64,000 nucleotides of DNA from positions 77,235 to 141,234 of the forward strand of contig CALSCP010000335.1 in the NCBI GenBank assembly GCA_943704425.1, written 5' to 3'. Origin of the DNA: Ministeria vibrans ATCC 50519. Lineage: Eukaryota > Protista > Filasterea. Both the position numbers and the translations under genes were made by a program. Positions 1-11,114 of the stretch are shown here, piece by piece. Under the pieces are notes generated by a model, which was given only the letters and a program-made list of their open reading frames with translations, did no database searches and was not told the origin of the DNA. The first letter of the stretch is position 1; the number at the start of each line of letters is the position of its first letter.

Positions 1-815
1 ACGGCTGAGCAGCGCAGTAGATCCACCATGGCAATGGGCAAACACAGACGACAAACTCTTTTTTTTTTCTAGAGTATTAAGACACGCGGACAACTCCTGG
101 GGTTAGGCAGCCCGCAGACAGGTCACGCGTGGCACAGGGCGGCGGCCAAGGCAGACTGTGTGCCCGTGGGAGCATTCGCAATCGCACACACCGTGTTGGT
201 TCAAGGAGGACAAGAGCGAGCTTTTTTTTTTTTTTTCTTCTTCTTACAGATGTAGAAGTCATCGAAGATTCCCGTGAAGAGACCGGTAGACCACTGACCA
301 GACATAATTAAGTTTTATAAGTCGATTCGGTGAAACTGAGGAAAACGCAGTGAACGAACTCAAGTTGAATCGCGATCAACAAAACGAAGAAGGAAATCTC
401 GCAGTACGGCTCAACACCAATAACAGTGCCGCTTTCTTTTTTATTGTTTCGCGGTATTTGTGCCGAAGGGCTTGTCGGCTGATGAAATATGAATGTAGAA
501 TGATGAATGATGATTCGTTATCAGTTACGACCCAGAGGAACCTGCGAACTCACGTGCGAACTGGTGGTGACTGTGTTATCAGAGTGAGTATGCAGTCTTG
601 AAGTTAAAGAGCAATGAACACCTCTAGAGGACTGGCAAGTGGCAACTGGCAACTGGCAAGTGAGTGGAAAGCGACAACGGCTTGGCGATGGGTTAGTCGG
701 TGATAGCCTCATTTTTCATAGCACACACTAAGAGTCTAAGACTGATACTAAAAAGGATAACCTCTGAATAATTCATAATTATTATTGATTATTCACTGTT
801 GAACTAACATCTACA

Positions 816-3247
816 ATGGGGGATCGTGACGACATTGGCTTGAAGCGTGTCGTCGATCCATTTGCCGTGCTCAACGAGACGGTAGAAGAAAAGGCGCTGC
901 GTCTGCTGCAAAATCGTTTGGCGGACGCGTGCGAGACATCATCGGCAGCCGACGTGAATCAGCTACTGGCGGAGGCGACCAAGAAAGGCCTTCGGTGCGA
1001 TGCCATCCGTGACATGTACGGCCTCACGCTGCTTCATCGCGCGGTCATCGGGGAGCGCGGCGAGACGGTGCGAATGCTTGTTGCAGAGCCTTTTTCCGTA
1101 TCGCCCAATATCATGTCCGACGGCGAGTCGCCCGGCACGCCGCTGCACTACGCCTGCAAGGGACACCATGCAGCCATGTAAGCAAAATAATGGCTCGTTG
1201 TGACTTTATATTACACACTGTGTGTGTGAGAGAGAGTGTGTGTGTGATGGATCAAAATCCACGTTTTAAAATAATGCGATTTTTCTCTTTGCAAAGGATC
1301 GACATTCTTTGCGAGGTGGGCGCCGACCCATTGGTTCCGGATGCGCAAGGGTTTACAGCGCAACATTTGGCGGTGCTCTTTGACAATTGCATGATTGCGA
1401 CGTACTTTCTGATTGTTGCTGGCGTGCCCATCGACGTGCGCGATGCAGAGCAGCGGACGCCCCTGATGTGGGCCATGAAGCGCTCGTGCAGCGCCTCCAT
1501 GGTGAGGCTTATGTTTCAACACGGCGCCGACATCAACGCCGTTGACTACGAAGGACTCACGCCCGCGCATTTTGCTGCGCAAATCGGCAATGCCGGTGGC
1601 TGGCAGATGCTCATGAGCCAAGGCGCGCGCACCGACATCCGCAACGCCAAGGGCGACACCTCCGCCGAGCTTGCCATTGAGACGGGTCACAACGAGCTCT
1701 TGTCCAAAGCAAAGGTTTCCGTCAAAGAGTTGCGCAAAAGTGTGCCCTTTCAGACCCGCTACCGCATCAATCAGTTTCTTATTCCTCTGTTTCTCTTTTC
1801 CGCGCTCACTCTCTTTCCCATCTCCACTGTCTACCCCTATCAATCACTTGGTGCCCTTGTACTTATTGTTTTTGCCTATCTTCGCGTAAATCGGTACTAT
1901 GGCATTGGCGAAGACGGTACGCACAAAAAGACATCTTAGCGACAGTAACATAGATACTAATAATAATGATTAATTTTTGTTTTATTATATTTTTCTTTTT
2001 TTCAGATTTGAACCCGTCGACTTCGTCTCTTGCTCAAATGTCTTTTGTGGTCTCCATTTTGACCTACTTTTACATATTGTATGACCGCGTGTGGGCGCAA
2101 TTTGGTCTCGTCGATTTTGCCTTCATGGTCTTTACTGGTATGAAAATAATAATAATAATTATTATAATAAAAATATTATTAATAATAATAATAATAGCTA
2201 TAATTAATTTATTATTATTTTATTGGTAGGGCTCATTGTGTTTCCGTGGTATAGTCTTGCTCAGAGCGATCCTGGCTACCTTGACGCCGTTTCATCAGAC
2301 CACGACACTAACACCAAGAGACTCAAGGTACGAGCGTTTGGGTTTGTGCAGAGCATCACAGGAACGAGTGAATTGATTGTACTAATTTTGCAGGAGTGCC
2401 TTCGCGCTGAGCTGTCAGACAAAGAATTCTGCATTACATGTTTGATTCGCAAGCCACTGCGATCGAAACATTGTCGCAAGTGCCATCGTTGTGTGGCTGT
2501 ACTCGATCATCACTGTCCTGTACGTCCTGAAATCTCATATGCGTGTACAATATTTTATTGTTATTAACATTCTTTCATCATCGTGCAACTCTTTGACAGT
2601 GGCTCAACACATGCATTGGATGGAAGAACCGTCGTCGTTTTGTCGCCGTGTCTGTGTATCTTTTGCTCTGTGAGCTGTGGCTGTCCCACGTACTCGCCGC
2701 ATACGTTACATCGGTGTTGGCAGACGCTGGCCAATACGTAACACAACCACGTACTTTTATTCATATTTGCTGATACATTGAGCATATTCTGTAGGATCTG
2801 GGTTGGCGTGCGTGGCAGCACAGTGGGTGGCTCGCGTCGCCATGGGTGTTTGGGCTGTACTGGTGGTGCACCGGCAATCTGGTGTATCACATTGCGGTTA
2901 TGTCGCTGCAAGCGTACCTCATTGGATCGGCCGTGACCAGCAACGAGATGCTCAACAGCTACAAGTACGAGTACTTTTGGACGCATATGGCGGGCGGGCG
3001 GCCCAGCAGCGACGACAGCGACGAGAATGATGGCCACGGGCACAGCCATGAGGGGGGCCAGTGCAATGGCAACCATGGGACGAAGAAGAAGAAGGAGCCC
3101 GAGCCCACCAATCCCTTTAGCGGCGGCTGTATTTCCAACTGGCTTGACTTTGTCCGTCTGCGGCGCTCTTCCGTTGCCACCATCGACTGGTCACGCTACT
3201 ATGAGCTCGACGAGCGTGCCCACTCCTTTGCCCACCACAGTGTCTAG
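816..3247 (+). CDS. ZDHHC17: Ankyrin-repeat DHHC palmitoyltransferase (ZDHHC17/13, Akr1-like), spliced
   Basis: N-terminal ankyrin repeats ([32 protein letters not shown]), TM segments, and the Cys-rich domain [31 protein letters not shown]|WLNTCIG joined across GT-AG introns. Confidence 0.92.
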
Positions 3248-3302
3248 ATTATTTATGATTGTTTTGCTTTTTTTTTGTTACTTTGAAGGACGTTAGTTTC
3301 AT

Positions 3303-4380
3303 TCACGGTAGCTTGTCGTCCTCTTGGAGGAATCGCCTGATGTAAGGAATCCAAAAGTCGGGCACGATTTTAGTGCAGCGGTCGACATCGGCACAGGGCC
3401 AGATGGCAATGCGCTGCACACGGGCCTTGTGAAGGGCGTCGAAGCGCATGGCGACGTCGGTCTCGTTGAGCGGCGCATCGCCGTAGGTGATGAGCCCAAT
3501 AGCAAGATGTTCTGGTGCAAACGCAGCCTGGGCGCGCGCCAGGCCGGTCTGGAACGAGTGAAAACTCGTCGCATACGTGTCCATGGTAATGCCAATGTCG
3601 AGGGCGGATTCGCCAAGCAGCGTGAAGTTCCACAGGGCACTCCACGAGGCCATGTCGGCCGTGGTGTCAATGTGGTGTGGGTGGAGTGCCCTGGACGCGG
3701 CAGTCAGGAACGAGGCATAGTGGGCGCCGTCGAGGGTAGTGCCGTTGCCAGCCTCAAAGTCGAAGTTGACCGCTGAACGGGCGAGAAGATGCGCAAGGTG
3801 TGTGTGTGTGTGTGAGCGAAAAGTGAGCTTGATAGTCGTGCGCTCGTCGTACCTTGGAAGGGCTGGGCTTTCGATGCTTCGACGACGGCAGCAAAGAACG
3901 GATCGGGGTTGGCAAAGAGTTGGCGACAGTACTCAATGTCGGTCGAGCGTCGATGGGGGTCCTGCAAGAGCACATGAGCAAGCGCGGTGGGACACTGGAG
4001 GGGGGTACCTGGTCATGGTAGGTGGAAATCATGGGAATGCGCTTGACGGAGGCGGGCAGGAGCGCACCAACTTGCGTGAGAAAGGTGTTGTTGAGCAGAG
4101 TGGAGTGCGGTCCAAGGTTGTACGCTTCATACGACACCGCCTGCACCAGCCCCTCGCCTGCCAGCTGGTGTATTTCGGCGAGATCAACCTGGAGTCGCAG
4201 AGTGTAACGAGTGCCATTATTGAGAGAGAGAGAGAGAGATAGAGTGTGTATGTGTGAATGGTTTACATCGATGTTCTCATGCAAACGCTCCAATGGCATC
4301 CACACCATCACTTCTTTGCTAAAGGAGTGTACGGCACACCCAAACAGCACGGCAACGATACACAGCCAGGAGTGCGCCAT
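3303..4380 (-). CDS. Secreted GH18-like (chitinase/chitobiase-type) glycoside hydrolase, spliced
   Basis: Signal peptide MAHSWLCIVAVLFGCAVHS; spliced FQ|AVNFDFE resembles the GH18 (D/N)xDxE motif; downstream ITMDTY and IAIW motifs. Confidence 0.6.
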
Positions 4381-4499
4381 TGGACAAATTTGTATCGACA
4401 AATCACAAAAGTTTAAATGAAAAATTGATAATAATAACATTGGGTTTATTCGTTTATATATTTACAGAAAAAAGGTACAGATGACACAGCTCAAGCGAG

Positions 4500-5309
4500 T
4501 TAGTACTTGTACTTGGTCGAGTAGTCCTTTTGGGAGATGACGAGGCCGCGTCCCTTACGTGCGCCACGATAGACTGTTTCCAGCAGATCAATGAGCTCCT
4601 GTTCGTCTTCAATTGCCCAGTTCACCTTGTTGTTGTTGCCTGTCCCCAAATCAACCATAATGTGCTAAAGGAAACAAGTGCGCAATGCGCACGTGTGTGA
4701 GAAAGGCACAACAAAAGCGAGAGGCGAAAGAAACAAAGTGAGAGAGAAAGAACCAAAGTGATGGACGGACAGGACAACACACAATCATTACCTTGTTACG
4801 GTAGAAGAACATCGTGGCACACGGGTCGTACAGCTCGTACATTTTGTTGAAGTCTGGTACGTCGGTAATGTCCACGAGGTAGATGACAGCAAAGTTTTTC
4901 ACCTGAGTCAGTGCAAAAGAACGTTGAATGATGGAATGAGAGCGGCACACAAACGAACAAACGACGATTCGTGATTAGTACCTTCTCTGCGACACGAAAC
5001 AGCGTCTCGTCCATCTACACAGACACAAGAGCAAGTGGAAGTCAGTGTGGTGCGTCTTGGCACGCAGCGCAGGGCAAGGGCCCGCCCCACCGACGGCGGA
5101 TGCGCTTGCGTTCTCACCTTCATGCAAGTGGGGTCCCAATCGTGCCCAAATCGCAACACAACGACCTTTTCTTCCTCCGTCACAATGGCCTGGTCGACTT
5201 GCCAGCCATTGGTTAAGTGCTATGCGCGAGAGGGCGAGCGAGGACGAGCGGGGGGGGGTGAGAAGGGCTTTGCTTTGTGATGCGCTCGTACCATGAGCAT
5301 ATACGACAT
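4500..5309 (-). CDS. TXNL4A: U5 snRNP 15-kDa protein Dim1 (thioredoxin-like 4A)
   Basis: MSYMLM|HLTNGWQVDQAI..VVVLRFGHDWDPTCMK|MDETL..DITDVPDFNKMYELYDPCATMFFYRNK..KDYSTKYKY*. Confidence 0.97.
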
Positions 5310-5479
5310 GGTGGTGCGTTCTTATGGTGGAGGACAGGGAGAAGGGGAAAGAATTCAGCGAAAGGAATGAGAAGATATTAAATAGTGTTACTTTAGAGTT
5401 TAGACTCTCGTGAAATGTGAACTGATGAGTTATGAGTAAACCGATTATCTCGATTTAGAGTCGATTACTTTATTTAGTG

Positions 5480-6142
5480 ATGCTGTTAATAAGAAGAGGA
5501 GTGAGCTCGTCGGCAGTTGCTCGGAAGGCAGGCTTCTTCAAGAAAGTCACGTCGTTATTTCAAGGGTAATAAGACGAAAGTATATCTTTTTTTTTTTTTT
5601 TTTTTTTTTTTTTGCGTTAGTGTCTGACACAAGTTTTCTCCTTCGCACAGAATTGCTCGTCAAGCACCGCGTACGGCCTTCTGTCTTCCACCCGTTGTGG
5701 GCTGCAGCGGGCTACTCTGTGGGTACGTAACAACGACCGAGGACTGCCATGGCAGGCGCTGTGAGGTGATCATGGTTGTTTTGCTCAGGCGTTGCATCGG
5801 CTCTGCTGGGCAAAGAGGCTGCCATGGCACTCACTGTCAATGTGGAAACGGTCATTGGCGAACACTACAACGATCAGTTGCGTGAGCTGCACGAACTTGA
5901 TCCGGAGGACAAAGAGCTCAAGGATCTCAAAGAGGTACATCACGACTCTTTCGTCATTGGCGTTTTCTTCTACGTGTCTCTCTTCTTCTTCGTAGACCAT
6001 CCGACAATTCCGCGACGAAGAACTGGAACACTTGGACACAGGCCTGAAACACGACGCGGAAAGCACACCACTGTACGGCGCAGTGTCGCAGTTGGTCCAG
6101 GGCGGTTGTCGTGCAGCTATTTGGGTCGCATCGCGCTTCTAA
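5480..6142 (+). CDS. COQ7: 5-demethoxyubiquinone hydroxylase COQ7; N-terminal catalytic half missing in this sequence
   Basis: Mitochondrial-type leader exon (MLLIRRGVSSSAVARK), then ELLVKHRVRPS..LLGKEAAMALTVNVETVIGEHYNDQLREL..FRDEELEHLDTGLKHDA..GGCRAAIWVASRF*. Confidence 0.88.
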
Positions 6143-6253
6143 CCTGACGATGACTTGCGTGTTGTTTTTGTATTTAGGTGTATCTATTTTTCCGTGAATA
6201 ATAATAATAAATATTTTATTATGATTTGGTTCATTCGTTTTCATTTTTTTTCT

Positions 6254-8084
6254 TCATACAAAGCCATAGCGAGGGAAGTTGCGTGGGAAGTGGTCATGCT
6301 TGTGGCGGCGTGCGTCGTGGCGGCGAAAGTGTTCTGCGTCGGACGGCAGACGATCCGGACGGCAGAGGTCCTCCTGCGCTCGGTGCAGATCTGCTTGCAT
6401 CTTTGCTCGTGCCTCACGTTGCCGTTGGCGTCGCTCTGCTGCGTGAGCTTGTGTCGCAATGCGATTGTTGTGGCGTTCGCGCGCCAGTTGCTCCGTGGCC
6501 AACGCAATACGATCGCGATACAGCGTCTCCAGTGCATCTGCTGCCTGTGCCGCCGACTTTGCCTCTCGCACACGACGATCCCGCACCACTCGTTGACCGT
6601 CGCGTTGTTCCTCACGCTCACGCTCAAGCAGCTCGCGTAACAGTCGTCGGTGATGGCGTTCCTCGCGCGTACGCACCTGTGTCGCCCGTTGCTGCTGCGC
6701 GAGCGCAATGTCAGTGTTCACCCGACGTGCCTCGGCTGCCTGAGCACGCGCACTTGCACGCGCTGCGCGTGCTCGCAAGTCGACTGCGCGTGCCGCATGC
6801 ACCTGCGCCAGACGCGCCTCGAGGTCCGCATCGCGCTGTACCTGTTCCGATGCATACGCGTGACGCAGGCGGTCACGATGCTCAAGCGCGATCGTCGCGG
6901 GTGCCAGGGGCAAATGCGGTAGTGTAGTGTCGACCAATTGCGCAATGTGTTTGCTCGCAATGGGTGCGCGACGACGTGTTATACGTCCAGCAGGTACTGT
7001 GGCAGTGGTGACGCTTGGCCGCGGGTACAGTTGTGGCGTGTGTTTACGGTGGCGAGCAGCACCGTTCCCTCCTCTGATCGTCTTGTCGTCGTAGTGGCGG
7101 CTGTTGGACGCACCTCGTCTCAGCATTGTGTCTTCATCGTTCGCGCGCACCTGTCGACGGTGCTGTTCGAGCGAAATGCGCGCACGGTGCGCCTCGAGGC
7201 GGCGGATCAAGTGTAACAGCTGCTCGTGTTCGTCGTCAAGCGGACCCGCTTGTACGCCTCGCATGATCTCATCGTACGCTGCATCCAGTGCGTTCTCGGC
7301 GCGTCCCAGTTCACTGGCGAGTGTCGCGTCAGGCAGCGCACGCAGGTACATTTCTTGCTCGTAGCGGTCCTCGTCCGTCTCATCCTCCAGTGCCCCCGCA
7401 AGCGTCACCTCCGGATACGCGTGCCCATCGGACATTGCAGACTCCGTCTCTTCTTCATGTTGGCCCCATTGGCTTGGCGCATCTTCGTCTTCGTCTTCGT
7501 CTTCGTCTTCGTTGTCTTCGTCGTAGTTGAACTTTCTAACAGCGCTTCGCTCTTCCTCGCTCTCGTTGACTTGGCCATGCTGCGCACGTGCCCTTTTCTC
7601 GTTGTTCATGCAGTCTAGCAGGTCGTCCAGGGCGTACTCGGGCGGTAGCGTGTCGTCGGTGCTTTTTGTGGGCATAAGCCAAAGTTTGTACAGACGCTCG
7701 AACAGTTGGGAGCGCGCATGCTCGTCTCCATGGACAAGGTCGCAGCCTCGAATGCGCCACAGTGTAGAGTCGCCTTCGTATGTCCCCACGTAGTCAAGAG
7801 CGCTCTGAATTTGGTCCGATTCGTCGGACGTCTACGAAATAACAAATCCAAAACGTGACGTTTTTCAAAAATGCCGCCCACACACTTTTTTCCAAGTCGC
7901 TTTCGCATCATACCTCCGGCACTTGCCATTGTGGGTACATCTCGTGGAAGATGGATATAATGAGGCGTGGCGTAAGTTCATCGTACGACTCTACCGAGTC
8001 TTTGTCAAGCGTCGCAAGCAAAACGTTGGCGTAGCGCAATTTCTCCGCCGCCGTCGAGTCTGTCGACGACCACGACGACTCCAT
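6254..8084 (-). CDS. CEP95: Centrosomal protein CEP95-like
   Basis: First exon MESSWSSTDSTAAEKLRYANVLL..; LDYVG..IRGCDLVHGD; C-terminal coiled coil ALETLYRDRIALATEQLARER..RAKMQADL..AEHFRR resembles the CEP95 termini. Confidence 0.7.
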
Positions 8085-8234
8085 CGTGTTTTTATTCGTG
8101 TACTCTTATTGCAAATATCAAAACTCAATCAAACAAAAAAAAAATAGTTTACGCGGAAATCAATAGAGAAATGTAGCTTCCTCTTCCTTTTCTATAAACA
8201 ACGGTTACTGTATTACTCTCTCTCCCTCTCTTGA

Positions 8235-10634
8235 TCATCTTGGACGAAGACGCTTGCGCATTTCTTGAGCACGTTGCTCCGTCTCGAGCTGTCGCTTGCG
8301 GCGCACAACAGGCGACCAGCGCAAACCGGGCGACTCGGGCGCACGGAGGTTCTCCTTGGCACGGTTCATCACGGGGCTCTGAGGCACCTGTCCCATGCGA
8401 TACTGCGCCACCACCTTGGAACATCGTTGTTTGCGCGACGACTCATCACTTGTACCCTGACTTGCATCCTGCAATTCACTCATGGGCGATCGTGCAGCAG
8501 CAGCAGCAGCAGCAGACCTTTTTCCTCGACGACGAGGCGCATCTGCCGTTGCCACAGCCGCCTCCTTGGTCTCTGTGGTGGTCGTACGTGGTCGCAACTC
8601 TTCAAACTTCTTCCAGTCAAACGAGATGCACTGCTTCTCCGAGTCGTCGCCGGGACAGTCAGCCAGGAGCGCGTCAAAGAGGGCGCGCAATCCATCGTAG
8701 TTGGGATCTTCCGTAAACTTTAGCGCTCGCACAGCACGCAAATACTGCAAAAACGCATCGGGGAGGCCCTATATATACACGGAGTTTTTAAGGAACATGC
8801 ACATGTTATTTGGTGTGTAGCTCGTTACTTTGCAGAGTTGCTTGGGCGTAATCTTCTCCTTGGCGCGGAGCATGTCTTCATCGCGCTCCGACAGCGACAC
8901 GTCCATGAGGTTGGACCAAGGCAGCTGTCCACGCATAAGGTAAATAAAGAGATAGGCCAGCGACTCAAGATCATCACGTCGGCTCTGCTCTGCGCCCCGC
9001 ATTGCATTCACCGACATGTACGCCTTGGTACCCGTCGCGCCGCTCTGGGCCTATAAAAACCCCCCAGCTCCATGAGTACAGACGATATATAAATAGATAG
9101 AGGAGGAAGAAACAAGACGATAAAGAGAGAGAGAGAGAGAGAAGAAAAATGATAGAGAGAGAGAGAGGAGGGAGAAAGATACAAAGTGATAGAGAGAGAG
9201 AGAGAGAAAAGGAAACAAGGTGAAAGAGAGAGACCAAAAAAAAAAAAACAAAAAACAAAAAAGAACTTACTTCGTTGTAGGGAATGTGTCGTGATCTTTT
9301 GCGATATTGCTTGGTCAGCCCAAAGTCAATAATGTAAACCTAAACAAATTAATAATAATAAAATTAATAAACAAATATTATCAACAATGAGTTGTATGTG
9401 TCAGTTTGCTCGTACGGTGGAGCTCTTGGAGCCCTGACCCATGCAAAAATTGTCGGGTTTGACATCCTGATGAACAAAGTTGTGTTCGTGAAGCCACTGC
9501 AAAAGGGAAATCATTTGGCGCGCCAGCAAGCACACAGTCTACGCACACGCGCACACAATATCATGTAGAGTGAGTGTTGTTTCCTAGTTACATCGTATGC
9601 GATACCGAAAGTGAGAAACAGCGGTTGCAGTAGTTGAAAAGGTCTTCGACAGAGGGACCCAACAGTTCCATGACAACAGCGTAGCCTCCATTGCGGCAGT
9701 TTGTATTGGGGCCCGACCAAAGCAATCGTGCTACGCCACTGCATCCCTGAATCGCTTTGTACACGCTCACTTCGTTCTGAAGCTGATCTTCGTCTGCATC
9801 TTCAACTTTGATGGCAATCTGTGCACCTATTTAACAAAAACAACATTAGACCGCACACTGAGGGTATCACCATGACAAAACAAGCTCGCATGATACACAA
9901 CACACCAATTCCCATGCCATGCTAGCGTGCAATAGAGCAACACAGTCGTTGTTCGGCCGCAATGGGTGACGTGCCAAATTTGAAAAATGCAAACGTCAAG
10001 GAGCGAACCGCAAAAGATGTGTACCTCGCGACGATTTGCTACTTTCGAACTCGCCATAACACACACACCACAATAATACCGGGATTAGGGGCAAAAAAGA
10101 TGGCGTTCGCTCCATGGGGAGCGAGACAATCGGGGGGTTTCAGAAAGTGTCAAACTTGTCAAAAAAACAAGTTCATCAAACACCACCGATACCAACACTG
10201 CAGTACGCCTGTTGGTGTTTATACACTACGCAATGCAATCCCAAATGCCAGCATGCGCTTGGAAGGCACCCTAGTCTCAACGGGAAGCGAATGCCGGTTT
10301 ATTTGAAGTTTGTTGGTTGGTCGTCTGGTGGACAAAGAGACTCCTCATGCATATTCTCTCGTCTCACACGCAGTACCCAATGCAATCAAAGAGTCATCGT
10401 CACATCGACCAGCGCGATGCAACGCGACAAAAGTCGCAGAATCCTTTTTTTTTTCTTTTTTTTTTTCTGCTATTTCTCACCTGTTGATTTTGCTGTGCCG
10501 CGGTAGGCTCGACCAAACGAGCCGCTGCCAATGAGCTTTTCAATCACAAACTCGCCACCGTTGAGCGAGCGTTGCATTTCAGACGACAAAGAAATAATTT
10601 GATTCTTTGATTGAACGGCCTTTGGCACAGCCAT
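8235..10634 (-). CDS. Divergent casein kinase 1 family kinase
   Basis: IGSGSFG, IAIKVE, VVMELLGPSVEDLFNYC, HQDVKPDNF, IIDFGLTK, EQSRRDDLESLAY, LKFTEDPNY, FDW. Confidence 0.92.
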
Positions 10635-11114
10635 TGCACGCGTTGTTCGTCGTCCTTCAGAAAGACCAGGCTCTGCATTTCCACTAGGAAGCAAAGTGAT
10701 CAGCGCCTTCGCCGGACAACACCGTTTTGACAGATTTGAGCGTCGAGCGAATTAAAACGCGAATTTTCACGTTTGCGCTTGTCTTCGATCTCTTCACAAA
10801 CCCCATTGACACAAGCACAATGCAGCAGTGGTAGGGAAGTTATGGCGAGAGACCGCAGTGGCGGCTGCGCATTCAAAGCGGTTTGGCGCCAATTGTGTGT
10901 TTTTATTTTGATTACCAACTTTTGGCGGCAAGTTCGCCAGAAAGACGAGGGGAGCAGCGCAACGGCATAGTTGTACGAGAAGTAGTAATAAAGGATGCCA
11001 GCTATCAAATAAGCGGTATAATACTATAGTCTATAATAACTATCAAAATAAAAAACCAAAATGTTTAACACCAAAATTACTTGAAGAGAATTTGACTTCT
11101 TTTAATTCATTCGG

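Noticed and set aside
1-311. Possible gene end on the plus strand, or a start (MVDLLRCSA) on the minus strand
   Set aside because: Truncated by the window edge and ambiguous; no recognisable motif
480-605. ATGATGA boxes suggesting a C/D snoRNA, or a U3-like start on the minus strand
   Set aside because: No properly placed CTGA box D and no U3 box A
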